A DNA stretch of 64,000 nucleotides from Balamuthia mandrillaris. Its lineage: Eukaryota. The DNA lies in assembly GCA_031835245.2 (NCBI GenBank), contig JAVKOQ020000060.1:124001-188000 (forward strand), given 5' to 3'. Below are positions 35,338-48,700 of the stretch, piece after piece (within the stretch, counting starts at the first letter, position 1; every line of letters begins with the position of its first letter). The notes under the pieces are model-generated. The model worked only from the letters and a program-made list of their open reading frames with translations, searched no databases and was not told where the DNA came from. A program made the position numbers and the translations under genes.

Positions 35338-38300
35338 GAGAGGCAGAGAGGCAGCAAGAAAGAAACAGGGAGACAAGACTACTGTACATACTCTTGAGTA
35401 TTCTTGTGGTTTAAACTTGTCTACACGTTGAAGATAGTCCTTCAAGTTTTCTGGATTGGTGTTTAGAGATGCCCTCTGTTTTTTTTTTGGCATTTTTTAA
35501 GTTAGAACAGCAAAAGGAACAAGAGAGAAAAGAACTTACGATAGTATCTTTCGTATTTGCACCAAGACGAGAAGGGTCCTTGTTGCTGTCATTTTTGTTC
35601 GCGATCAAGTCTTGTACTCTTTCCGTGGGCAATCGAGACCGATATTCCTCCCCGCCTTCTTCCTTTTCTTCCTCCTTCTCCTTCTCCTTGGTTTTGTCAT
35701 TCGGCTTTTTGTTGTGCCGATTGCAAAGCGGACAGGCTCTAAACTTACCAAGACAGCTGCCATGGAAGCAATGACCGCAAGGAAAGACGGCCACGCCCAC
35801 GCTTGACCGTTTCTCCTCCATTAACAAAAAGTTGGGATCTGAAAATGTTGCTCCACAAAGGTGACACACGCCATTTCCTCCTCTCATTGCCGTTCCTTTC
35901 ATCTTCGTCATCATTGCTGAACTCAGGTGATGATCAGAAGCAGAGTGTTGTTGGCTGGCCGCGGTTTGCTTCGAAGGGACATAAGCTCTGTTACGAAGAT
36001 ACCAATACTCACGGAAGGAATCGTACATGTCGCCTCGAAGCAATTTGTTGACGCTTCGCAGGATGGCCTCCTCGTAGGAATACGAGTCCAGCACGCCGCG
36101 GATGATGGACTTAAAGTCTCCAAAGTCATCTGCGCCGTGGTCGTGCACGATCTTAGAGAGAATGGCCTGCAAGGGTACATAGCCCATCATGTTGTGCAGC
36201 ACGTTTTGGATTTGCAAAGTTATTGCTTGTGTAGAGCGAGCGAGGCCGCGAGGAAGGCTCTCGTCCTCGGAGACAGACAGCGAGTAAACAGTTTGAGAGG
36301 CGGAGCGATGACGAGAGAAGGACAAAGAAGGAGAAGGTCGTGACGATGAAGATCGTGAGGAGGATTTGGTTTTGTTAGAAGGAGCGTTGCTGCCTCCTTG
36401 TAGAGTAGGTTTGAGGCCACGTCCTTTCTTTTTGAAATCACGAAGAGGAACAACCAATGCATCCAAAAGACGGAACCACAGCGCCTTAAAACCAAAATTG
36501 AAGGTGAGAAATTTAGAAAAGAAAAAAAAGAGGGAGGGAGGGAGAGGAAGCCATACCACACTTTCAGCATCATCTACGCCTGAACGTTGGGAATTGCGTT
36601 GACACAACGAAATAGCAGCTCTTAGTGTTTCCTGAACTTTCTTTTCTTCTTTGGTATGAGGAAACACTGTACTTTTACATCAGTTTCACTTTATAAAGTA
36701 TTCTCGCTTCTCACTCTCTCTCTCTCTCTCTCCTCATTTCTTCTCTCCCGTACCTGGAAACGCGCCTGCCTCAGGCAAAGCATTCAACTCATTGGCTTCT
36801 TGCGCAGCAAACATGACTGTCATCTCCTCCTTTAACTTTTGAAGAATAATGTCTAACGCGCTAATCACATCTCCGGTTCTCTCCAACAAGTACGCCGTTG
36901 CATCGGTGATGTTATGCCGCTTGCAAAGGGCGAGACAGTACTCAAAGGAGACTCGAGTGTCGCTCGCTTGAAGATGGCGATAGACTTTGTTTGGAGCAAA
37001 TTGGCACATTAGAGCGATGTAAGCCTGTTGCATTTCTTTGCCAGTAGTTTCTTCCATCAACTCTCCTGCCAAACGGCCGCTGCCCAAATTGCTGGTTTGA
37101 TAAACGCTATTTTCCAGAAGAGAGTTTAGAAGAAAGAATGGAAATAATACAAAAAAAAAAGTAAAGAGGAATAAGAAATAGAGAACAACAAACCTTTCTG
37201 GTCCAAGAATAGCGTCTAGATATTCGTATTGCAGTTTGGGATGTTTGCTGAGTTCGCGCATGATTTGATGATTTTGATCCTTGGTAAAATAATTGGTGAT
37301 TAGCGAGCATGACGCGTGAGGGTCTATCTTGATGAGGTCCGTGATGTTGGCCACTACAGCCTGCCGTATCTCTTGCATTTGTTGTTCTGCAATACTTGCA
37401 TCGTCCAAAAGAGTTCTGAGCATCGTAAATACTTCCGTCTAAGAGAGAAGTGATAAGTTTAAGAGAAAGCTCGATAAAGCCAGAAATAAGAGTAATAGCG
37501 TACTCTCCGATAGTGGTCTTTAAGATAGCAACGAATGACCTGCTTATAGTCTTTGCGCTGGCGATAATAGAGCTCTGCTACAGCATAGCTGAAAAGTAGC
37601 GGTCAATGAAGCCGAAAGAGAGACAGAGCAAGAGATAGTGATCACTTACAAAGGTTCTGGACTGGCTCCTTCTACCATGAGCAACGTGTTCTGATCCCAG
37701 CGTGCAGAAGGCAGGGACATGATATGCAGCATCAATTGTTGTCTTTTGACAGCAGTAGAAGCATCGGGAGAGCGCGTGAGATAGCTCACCACTTTGTTCA
37801 TGAGAGCTGGTGAGACAGACACTCTTTCCTTGGCAACGTATTCTGCAATAAAACTGAAAAAGTATCCCACTTGTTCCTCCTGTCAATAGGCAGAGACACA
37901 GCGATAAATATAAAAAGAAGAGAGAAAACAATGAAATGTTAGTTGGGCGCAAAAAGAAAAGAAAGAAGTCAAATACAAACGTTAAAAAGCGAAGATTTGA
38001 CAGGAACCATGATGCCTTCTAACACTCCCAGCATTTGTTGGTGGTTAAGCATCGGTTTTTCCATCTCTTCTTTTGGAGGAGGTATGGTAGGATCATCGAA
38101 AGCGATTGATATGGCAGATAGGAATTCTTTTGTGTCGAATAAAAGCATGCACACCAGATGTACGTATTCTTCTTCCTCTGCATTGTAAAAATCGTGAGAA
38201 GAAATATCAAAGAATAACGTGAGAACGAAAGAAGGAACCTACCGCCAACAACATTCTTCTGGAAAAGATAGTTGAGTACATCAACCTTTACAGACGTAAC

Positions 38301-41300
38301 GAGATGGCGCGGAATAGAGCCCTGAGGAAAAGCTTTACCCAGAAGACAATAGCTAACATAGAGCAATATTTTATAGCCAACTGACTTCCACTTAGAACCA
38401 CCAGAAGTCGAAATATCTGATGTCGTGGACGTTGTTTCTCCTTTGACTAGGTCTGTTTTTCTTTTGGATCGAATGAGTCGCATCATGTCGTCAAGAGGTG
38501 TGATGTAGTCTTCTAGTCCTTGGTTATACACATAAATGAGTCCACTGCTTAAATAATGCTCTCTGCAAAGCTTGACAATCTGAATGTTGACAAATTAGAA
38601 CATAAGGGGTGCATGTATAAGAGAGAGAGAGAGAGAGAGAGAGAGGGGAGGGGGGGGGGGAAGAGGAGTGCCGACGTGATGGAAATCCATGCTGGCAAGA
38701 TCAAGATGAAGGATGCACTGCTCGACCGTCTTTAGCATGTTCTTGCTCGCATAATGGGATACAAAGGCCTGCATCAACTCTGGAGGCAGATAAACCAGCT
38801 TCTCCTCCAAAATAAACGGTTCCATCAATTCCAAGAAGGTGTGTCGCTGGCCGAGCTTACAATACAATGGATAAATCTGCTCAAAGAGAACGTCCGATCG
38901 TGCAATGTGTAATAGATATTCCATGCAAATACTGCCCAATCGTACCATCCTCTTTGTAACCAGCCGGTCATTTTTCGACGAGTCAGAGCTATTTGATGAT
39001 GTAGATGATACTGACGTAAGGTCGTTGTGGGATATTGTTGTATTTGAAGTAGAAGGAAAGATGGCTGAAACGGCTGTGCGAAGGTAGTACAAAAGCACTT
39101 GGATGATTTTGTCCGACACTAAAGAACGCCTAGTTTGACTGTTGCTAGGGAGACCTACTCCTTTATCTACAAGTCCGTTTCCTCGCCCCTACAATAAAAT
39201 GAGAAAAATAATGAGAGAGAGAGAGAGAGAGACGAACCTCGTAAAACTTGAGCGCTAAGCTGAGAGCATCCAACCAACGTCGTTGTTCCACCAACAGAGT
39301 AATACGTTCCTCCCAAGAGAGAATGTGTCCCCAATAAATATTATCCATACCCTTATGTTTGTATCAGAGAAACAATAAGAATGTGGGAGAGCAGACAAGA
39401 TTATTTGCAGGAAAAGAGAGTAAGAAAGGAGCGTACCAATAAATAAACTCTGTCTTTCAACGTACGGAAGCTGTTATGAAAGGAGCATTGAGCCTTAGAG
39501 AATCTAGTATGATAGATAAGGTCCATTCCTTTCGTATCCACAGCTTCTATTTCTTTCAAGTCGGTAGCATCCAAAACGCGTAGCTTATCCTTTACATCCA
39601 GCACCAACAGCAATTTGTTGCCCAACCATTCCAGGCCACATATCTCATTTTCAGTGATGGTGGAAGAGAGGAGATGAACACGAATGGAACCATCTGCAGG
39701 ATTCTCTCCTGTGGAGGAGGAGCTTTCTGCTCCTTGGGTGGAAGATGAGGATGATACTTGCAACAGCTGCAAGTGATGTCCCCAACCGATCGCCAATATA
39801 GGGTCGCATGCAGCCAATTGACCACTGGCGTCATCTGTTAAACGGTAAAATAATGGTGTTAGCTTCTGTTGTCAGTTTTTTCAATATTTCTATTTTCTTG
39901 GTCTCTCGCCCACACATAAGAAACTGTACTTTACCTTTCTTGACTACACGTTTGCACCAAGACAGATAAGGAAGAGTGGAGGCACTTATATTCTTCGGCC
40001 TTCCCAGCTTGAACAGTATTTCAATCTTTGGTTCCAATCTCACAATTGTAACCTTTAACAAAGGTCAGAGAACCGCAAGACAAAACAATGTACCAAACTT
40101 GAAAACCAAACGAAAAAAATGCAAATACAAATGACTCACCAAACGAGGCATACAGAATGCTATCAATGCAGAGGCGTTCAATGGATTCTCCAACGCAGAA
40201 GACAACGGACTGGACATTAATGAGGCTAATGCATACACTTTGCCCGCCCTCCCATTCAAGATAAGTAGTGTGTCTGCTGTCCATCCTCGCCACATGGATT
40301 TGGTGAACGTAATGCGATAGGTGGTCCCCGTTACGTCGGAGCTGATTATTTGAGACTCGCTCAGAAAGCGGAGATGAATGACAGCTGAGGGGTGAGCTTG
40401 CTCCGGGGTCACAGTCTTGATCATGGTTCCCGTTTGGATGTCCCAGAGCACGATATGGCCTTTTTGATGGCCGCAGACTAGCCAATCTCCACTTGGCATC
40501 ATGTCTACTGCCGTTACTGAACCATATTCTGCGTCTTTTTTATTTGTTCTTTAGAAAGAGAAGCTTCTGAAGAATAGAAGGGATGTATACCAGTGGATGT
40601 TCCAAGAATGCGTTTGAGCTCTTGGAGATGGTCAAACAAAAGTACCAAGCCGTGCGCTGTTCCAACCGCTATACACCGTCTTGAAACCTTCATTCCAGAA
40701 ATGGGTTAAAAGTGAGTTTAGACCGTAACAATTGATAATCATGAAAGAGCAGATAGAAAGTTCAAAAGGGAGCCAAAGGGCAAAGAAGAAGAGTAAGATG
40801 GCAAAGAAAAGACATTACCACAACGCAAGTAGGAAAACCGGCTTCACGACGCATGGCTTCAGAGGTCATCGACATGGAAACCTTACGCAAGGGTTTAGGC
40901 AGGAGAACTATAGGATCATTCGTTATACTTGACAATGAGGATGGTCTCTTCTTGCTGCTGGAGGACGTAGACCGCAGCCGAAATAGCTTGTAACCACCCA
41001 CACGCCGCCCTTCGTTAAGCTTGTCATTCTATGTGATGTTGACATTGCTAAGTAAGAGAAGAAAAAAAAACAAGAAGAAGAAGACGAGATCGAGATCGAG
41101 ATCGAGATCGAGAACGAGAACGAGAACGAGAACGAGAACGAGAACGAGAACGAGAACGAGAACGAGAACGAGAACGAGAACGAGAACGAGAACGAGAACG
41201 AGAACGAGAACGAGAACGAGAACGAGAACGAGGAAAAAAGAACGAGAACGAGAACGAGGACCATAACAAGGTGCACGTGTATGACATAAAATCGTAGAGA

Positions 41301-42154
41301 AACAAAGACAAACCGATGGAGGAGGGGGCGGCAACAGGTCCTTGACGATGTTGTCCATGTAGTCCTTCGGCGCCAAATCGGGCAAAGGGTCTTCCGTGCT
41401 CTCCATGAGAATTTGTTGCAGCACCACTTCGTTCAGCTCCTTGGGTTGCTTCTTTTTGTAGAGAAGATACCAAAGAGACAACAGAGAGAGATAGCAAGGA
41501 CAGAGAAGAACGAGAGAATGAGAGCATAAGAGCAAGAGAGAGACAATGACAGAAAAAAAAAAGAAAAACGAGAGGAGAAAAAGAGAAGAGAGAAGAAAGC
41601 GAAGAGAAAAAAGCGATCAGCAAAGCTTCTCACGCAAATATTGCAAAAAAGAGTGGTTGACATACGTGAGCGTCAAGGCCGTGAGAACTAGTCCGAATAG
41701 AAGCATCGCCAAAGTGGTTCGTGAGGGTGGGGCCAGAGGAGGAGCCGTCGCCAACAAAAGTCTGCAGCAAGGCCGCCTCTTCGGCCTCGTCCTCCTCGTC
41801 CATGGCCAAGATTTCGTCGATGGAGATGTCAGCGGAGGCCTGGTCGCCGAGGACGTGGCGAGAGTCTCGGCTGGTTGCTGTGCCCCTGCGAGAGCTAGGC
41901 TTTCCACGCACCCCAAAGGCCAACCCGCCCAACAGCTCATCGTCATCGTCCTCCTCGTCGTCGTCGACGTGCTCATAATAACTTTGTTCCTCGCCCTGTT
42001 GCAAGGGATCAGCAGTGGCGGTGGCATCCCTCTCTTCCTTCTCTTTCATCTTCTCTCTCAACGCTGGAAAGCCGCGAAGGGAAGTGTCTTGCAGTTGGCT
42101 GAAGGACGAGGCCGACGACGAGGTCGTCGAAGAAGAAGGCCTCTCGCTAGCCAT
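35023..42154 (-). CDS. VPS8: Vacuolar protein sorting-associated protein 8 (CORVET); multi-exon
   Basis: N-terminal WD40 region (GHQKGHIVLWD, LAIGWG), FLELMEPFILE, VEQCILHLD, YNQGLEDYITPL, GYKILLYVSYCLLG, DATAYLLERTGD, ALWFRLLD, and C-terminal RING (CHLC...FPCGHCFHGSC...CPLC). Confidence 0.9.
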
Positions 42155-42180
42155 CTCCTTTTCTTCCTTATTCTTTTCTT

Positions 42181-42510
42181 TTCTTTTTTTTTTTTTTTAA
42201 GGAATTGTTTATTGGCTATCTAGTGGGTTGAAACCGCTCAACCTCGTAGGTACATACATACAAACGGCACCTCTTACTTGTCCCACTGCCGCAGTGGACA
42301 GAGCACTTTGGGAGACACAAAGGTTGCTAGAAATCGCCACCATGTTCTCGGCAGTGTATTTTTCTTGGCTCGCCGGGTGAGGCCAAGGCCAGGCTTGTTG
42401 AAATTTTTCGTCGACCACTAAGTGCGGCTCCTTGGAGTCGAACACGCGGCCTTCCCCTTTCTGGCAGGCTATGACCAAATGGTAGACCACTCGGCCATGG
42501 GGGTGGGCCC
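42181..42510 (-). mobile_element. tRNA-derived SINE-like element or Pol III structured RNA
   Basis: A box TGGCCGAGTGG at 42497-42487, B box GTTCGACTCC at 42443-42434, tRNA-Gly-like GCCTGCCA segment between them, hairpin-rich body, A-rich 3' tail. Confidence 0.55.
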
Positions 42511-43035
42511 TCTTTCTTTTTTTTTTGATTTGCCAAATTCAATAGCTGACGTATCATCTTCCATTTATAGAATCAAATGATGTCATTCCATTTCGAGACG
42601 ACACAAGAAGTATATCATCGTGACGACATGAAATTTTAAGGTGGCGGCTACCTTAAAATTCGGAGCGAGAAGAAAGAAAAAAGAAAAACGGTTGGGGCAA
42701 AAAAAAAAAAATTGTCCGCGGGTTACTTGCGGGCGAAACAGACCAAAGCAAAACAAAAGTTGCGTAGCAAAGAGAGAGAGAGTGGAGTGCGTGTTACCGT
42801 GATGATGATGATGATGTCTGAGATGAGTCGCCACAAGACCGCGGCCATGCGGCTGCATGCACTGTCCCGACACTTGATGTTGCATGATGGGGACTCCATG
42901 GTACCACTTGCTCTTCATTTCTTTTATCCATCTATTTTGTTTTTTTGGACTTTTGGTCATCCCATCTCATCCCATCTTACTTACATCTTTTATTTTTTGT
43001 TTTCGAAAAATGCCGTGTAGCAACAAATCCGTCCC

Positions 43036-44463
43036 ATGGCCACTGCTGGCTCCATCTTCTCCTCCAATGATCCTCAACAACCCCCCGTTCGCATCCTGGT
43101 CACCGGCGCCGCCGGCCAGATCGCCTACTCCCTCGTCTTCATGATCGCTCGGGGCAACCTCCTCGGCCCCACTCGTCGCATCATCCTGCACCTCCTCGAC
43201 ATCCCGCCCATGAAGCAAGCCCTCGAGGGCCTCGTCATGGAGCTGGAGGACTGCGCTTTCCCTCTGTTGGCAGGGATCGTGGCCACCACGGACACCAAGG
43301 AGGCCTTCCAGGGGGTGGACGCCGCCATTCTCGTCGGCGCCTTCCCTCGCAAGCCAGGCATGGAGAGGAAGGACCTGCTGGAGCGAAACGCCTCTATCTT
43401 CAAAGCCCAGGGCGCGGCCTTGAATGCCTACGCCTCGAGGGACGTCAAGGTGCTGGTCGTCGGCAACCCGGCCAACACCAACTGCCTGATCGCCATGTCC
43501 TGCGCGCCGGACATTCCATCACGCAACTTCTCGGCCTTGACACGGCTCGATCAGAACAGGGCCACCGCGCAGGTTGCGCAGAAGGTTGGAGTGTCAGTGG
43601 CAGACGTTCATAACGTTATCATTTGGGGTAGGCACCAAGTCCTTTGCGTTTCTTCTTCTTGTTCTATCGGTTGCAATCATCTTTACATTCCATCCGTTCT
43701 TCACTCCCTCTTACTCCTTCATCCTTTTATCCTTCGCCCTTCATTCCTGTCTATATTTCATATCTTTATTTTTTTTTTTTTTTTTTGCAAACGCTGTGCC
43801 CCTTCGGTTATCTCTTTTCACGTCTTCAGCTGCACCATATTTATCAATCTTTTTTTTGAAAAAAAGGCAATCACTCTGCAACTCAATTCCCAGACGTGGC
43901 GCACGGCTTTGTCGCCTCTCCCTCTGGCAAGCAACCACTCTCCGAGCTGCTGAAGGGTCAAGAGGAGTGGTTGGACCGTCATTTCATCCCCACAGTGCAG
44001 CAACGGGGCGCCGCCGTCATCAAGGCACGGAAGCTTTCTAGCGCTGCCTCTGCTGCCACTGCTGTGGTCGACCACATGCGGGATTGGCTGCTTGGAACCC
44101 AACCGGTACTCTATTCATCTCCTCTTTGCATTCTTCACCATTCTCTCTTCTCTTCGCTCGTCCTCTTCTCTGTTGATTGTTTCCCATTTTTCTTCTTTTT
44201 CTCTGCTGCTTTCATCTCTTTCCACTCACAAAAAAAAAAAAAAAAAAAAGGGAGCATGGGTGAGCATGGGAGTGGTCTCAGATGGAAGCTACGGCGTGAG
44301 CAAAGGGATCATCTACTCCTTCCCAGTGACGTGTTCCCACGGGGAGTACAGCATCGTGCAGGGCTTGCCCGTGCAGCCCCGCGCCCGTCAGCTCATGCAA
44401 ACCACAGAGAAGGAGCTGGTGGAGGAGAAGACAGCTGCCATGGACATTCTTGCCGCTAACTAA
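43036..44463 (+). CDS. MDH1: Cytosolic malate dehydrogenase; 3 exons
   Basis: [56 protein letters not shown]. Introns 43628-43866 and 44106-44250. Confidence 0.97.
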
Positions 44464-44556
44464 AGCAAAACCAGCCGTAACACATCTCTGTTTTTATTTT
44501 TTGAAAATACACGACAAACAAAACACAAAAACTACTTTGGTAGGTTCCATTCTTTG

Positions 44557-45201
44557 TTACGGTTGGTTCTCTCTGAGGTCAGCTGATCCAGCGTGAGTGC
44601 ACGCGACTTTATACGGCACTTGGCTCGTTTGCTCACCGGTTTCATCGGAAGCAGGTGGTTCTGGTACAGATAGCATCTCCTTACGGATTAAGCTGAGCTC
44701 CACTCCTTGTACTAGCTCTCTTTGTGCAGCCAATGCGTCCGCTGCTGCTCCAAAAAAGTATTCGTTGGCCAGACAGCGAGTGGAAGAGTGGAAGAGAGGA
44801 GGTACACGGATTGCAAAAAGAGGAAGGAACGGGCATCTGGACCCCAAAGCAAGAGCTGCGCTGTATGTTCGTCCTTTGGGAGATATTTCTTTTTTTTTTT
44901 TCTATGACCCGAAGTCCTTTTATGTTGTTTTCCTAGAGCGCACGCGTGGACTGATAAAACATCGGCAGAATGGAACTGAAGCTGCGAAGGAGGAACAGCA
45001 TGAGAAGGAGGCGCAAGGCGTGGCTGCATTTCAGTCAGGTCTCAACCAGCAAACAGAAGGAGGCGGATGATTTATGGGCCAGCCTTTAGGGGTAGCAAGC
45101 AAACGGAAATGAGGCAAAACACGAAGGCCGCGAAGCTTCAAACGAGCGGCCAGAACCGGAGATGCTTGGTGATGAGCAAAAGGCAAGACTGAGGCAGCCA
45201 T
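44557..45201 (-). CDS. Possible small hypothetical protein
   Basis: ATG-started Arg/Leu-rich ORF (MAASVLPFAHHQ...) and downstream ORF 44557-44847 on the same strand. No recognised motif and splicing unresolved. Confidence 0.25.
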
Positions 45202-45501
45202 GGCAAGCTCTCTCCCTGGGATTCCACCAGTCTCGAATCGAAAAAAATTATTGCAACCCATCGGCAATAATTATCGAAAAGATGAGCACGTCGACATAAA
45301 TTCGATGTTGCCAAAACCTAAAGCAATTGTGCAGCATTGCTGCTACCAAAGAGGTAGTTGGGTTAAAAAAAAACAGGGAACAGCGTGGTGGTACTTCAGC
45401 CCCCCCAAAGTCCTCTTACCCACTACTTTTTTTTCTCTCCCTCGCTCTCGCTCTCTCTTTGTGGCAGCTCCTCCTCCTCCTCCTCCTCCTCCTCCTCTCC
45501 A

Positions 45502-45683
45502 ATGGGTCAAGCGGCAAGTTCTCTTCCCGTTGTCCTCGGCGAGGCGGACCTGAAAAATGGCGTAGAGGAGGAGCTGGGCCTCTGCCTCTACTACCAGACC
45601 TACCCAACCGCTCCTCCTGACGCTACTGGCAAGGCCGCTGATCCACGGTTACACCTTCTTCCTGAGGCTTGTTGTGTGGTTTG

Positions 45684-45716
<33 letters not shown>

Positions 45717-48700
45717 TTTCTCTTTGCTCAAATCATATCTCTCTCTTGTCTTGGTAAAAAAAAAAGGTTCCTGCTACGCTTTCACCCATCGAAAAGTTTT
45801 GCGGAGAAGCGCTATTTGTGAAGACGGACAAACCACTGGTGAAAGGGCAACGCAGTGCCATCGAAAGGAAGGAGAACATTGCGGATGGCGTTCAGGTCAT
45901 TGTGAGAATGTTGCCCAAAGACATTTCCGCTTTGGCTGGCAGGTTTGTCATTTCTGTCCTTTCTGTACTTGTTCTTGTTCTTGTTCTTGTTCTTGTTCTT
46001 GTTCTTGTTCTTGTTCTTGTTCTTGTTCTTGTTCTTCTTCTTCTTCTTCTTCTTCTTGTTCTTCTTCTTCTTCTTCTTGTTCTTGTTCTTCTTCTTCTTC
46101 TTCTTCTTCTTCTTCTTCTTCTTCTTCTTCTCTCTAGTCCACAAACTAATTTATTTGCTTTCAAACAAAAGCGATGGGCCAACTACGGGAGACGCACTCA
46201 TAAATGTCACTCAACAAAAAACTCCTGTGGAAGATTGGGAAGAAGACTCTCACATTACTCTCCAAGACTACCTCGCCGAGCTGACCTCTGGCGAGGAATC
46301 TACCGATTATCAGCCTTTCGACCCTGTCACACCCTCCTCTCGTTCTCTTGCAATCCAGTCCTTCAAGTCCACAAAAGTACCCTTCTCACCTTTCCTTCTG
46401 CTCTTCTACTCCCTTTCACCGCTCCTCTTTCTCCTATCTCGTTTCTCGTTTCTCGTTTCTCGTTTCTCGTTTCTCGTTTCTCTTTCCCATAGCCAACTTG
46501 TTGACGATATTGAACATAAATAACTATTGCAGCAAGCGTTGCAGTTCTTCCTTACAACCATGCAAACAGAAGTGAAGTACCGGCCAGTGCAACCATCAAG
46601 CGGCCATTCTCACTACCACTCAGGAGGTTTGCCCGTTACTAATCGACAACTTTCGTCCAGCAACAATCATGCCCCTCCCTACCGACATCACAACTATAAT
46701 TACTACCACTACCATCAATGGTACCATCAAAATGGCTTAACACCATCTAGCTTTTCCTCTCCCACGCCTTCTGGCTCCTCTTCGTCATCCTCTGTTCCAT
46801 TAACCTCTGCTTCTTCAAGTGGCTCAGTTCCAACATCGGCTTCTGCATCTATTTCATCATCGTCTGGAGCGTTACCGCACTCTTCCTCCGCTTCTTCTTT
46901 TCCATTGTCCTCTTCCACTCGTAGAAGCCAAAAGCAATTACGATGTCTTCCCTCCTTTCGGCGTTATTCTTGTCCTTCCTCTTCTACTTCTTCTTTGTCA
47001 CCATATTCCTCTTCCTCTTCACTTTTTCTCAGAGAAGAGGGGGACGATGACGAAGATGGCGAAACATCCTACTCCGCCGTTCCCGCCATTCTTCACCCCA
47101 ACTTGCTGCCAATACTTAAAGTTGTCGAGAGAGAGAATAGTTTCTATGTAATCAGCGACTATGTTCCTTTCACCGTTTGCGGCTTGCTTCGTTTTAGCAA
47201 ACGAGTGTTGAGGGGAAAGCATCGTCGACTGTTCATCATTTATCAGCTGGTTAGAACACTGGCTTATTGCCACAAGAATGGCATTGCTCATGGCGCCCTT
47301 CATCCTTTGCATATGCGCCTTACCCCCAGCCTATGGCTACAACTTGGAGGTTTTGCCTATCCTTATTATCCTCCAGAAAGACCAATTGGTATTTCTCTGC
47401 TCTGCTTTCCTCTTTCTTTTCATTTTTTTTTCTCTTATGTGTTGCATCATCCTTATTAATAGACAACCACTCCGTTCCACGCTTGCGAGATACCATTGCG
47501 CATCGTTGGATGGCAGGCGAGATGAGCAACTTTGACTATTTGATGGCTCTCAACATTCTCAGTGGCCGAAGAATCGGGTTTCTCCACTCTCCTTTTATTT
47601 CTCCCTCACTCCTTCCCTCTCTGTCTTTGCTTTTTCTCGTTTTCTCGTTTTCTCGTTTTCTCGTTTTCCCTTCTCTTCTCCTCTCTTCTCCTCTTTGTCT
47701 TAAAGTAACAAATTTGTTGCATCTTATTTTCAGTGATCCAAACTATCATCCTGTGTTACCATGGATCATCGACTTCTCTCAGCCTGTATTGACAACTAGC
47801 AACACCTCCCAAGATTCTCCCTACACTTGGCGCGATCTCACTCGCTCCAAGTTTCGGTTGACCAAAGGAGATGAGCAGCTGGACACGACATTTCGTAGCT
47901 GCTCTCCCCATCACATTACTGAGATGTTGTCGGAGGTTTCTTATTATCTCTACTTGGCGAGAAGGACTCCTGTTCCAGTTTTGAAACGTTTTGTGAGAGC
48001 TTCGTACGTACCTGAGGAATATCCTGCATCGTTGCAACACCTGTATCATTCGACGCCGGATGAATGCATTCCTGAGTTTTACTCCGATCCTTCTATCTTC
48101 ATCTCGACCAATCCTGGAATGTCTGACCTTCAACTTCCCTCATGGTTTGTCTCTTTTTCTCTCTATTCATTCTTCCCTTTTTTTTTTCATTCTTTCTTTG
48201 TCATTTTGTAGCTTGTTTTTTGTCTTACTCGGTCAATATTTTTAAATTTCAGGGCCTCCTCTCCAGAAGACTTCATCCAAAAGCACAGAGAGGCTCTCGA
48301 AAGCGAACTAATCTCCCGTTCATTGCATCACTGGATCGATTTAGCCTTTGGCTACAAGCTCTCTGGCGATGCTGGTGTTCGTTCCAAGAACGTCGCGTTG
48401 ATGAACCATGCCTCTCCAAGGAATCACGGCTTCACTCAATTATTCACCGTTCCTCATCCTGCAAAAAAGATTTCGCTCTCTTCCTCCACTTCCTCCAATG
48501 ATACGGAACATGTTTGGCCGCCTTCTCCTCAGATGGACAGCCCCAATGCCACGCTCTATGAATGTGAACTGGAGCTCTCATTCTTCTCTCAATTTCAACA
48601 ACTGTTTCCTTGTTACAGGTTTTTAGTTTTAGTTTTAGTTTTTGCAACTTTTCTTTTTTCTTTCTCAATTTTTACACTATCCAACGTTACGTTCTTCTTG

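Noticed and set aside
42209..42490. 93-aa ORF, or RNase P/MRP, SRP or telomerase RNA identity for the SINE-like element
   Set aside because: Non-ATG ORF without motifs; I could not find the conserved P4, SRP helix-8 or telomere-template signatures.
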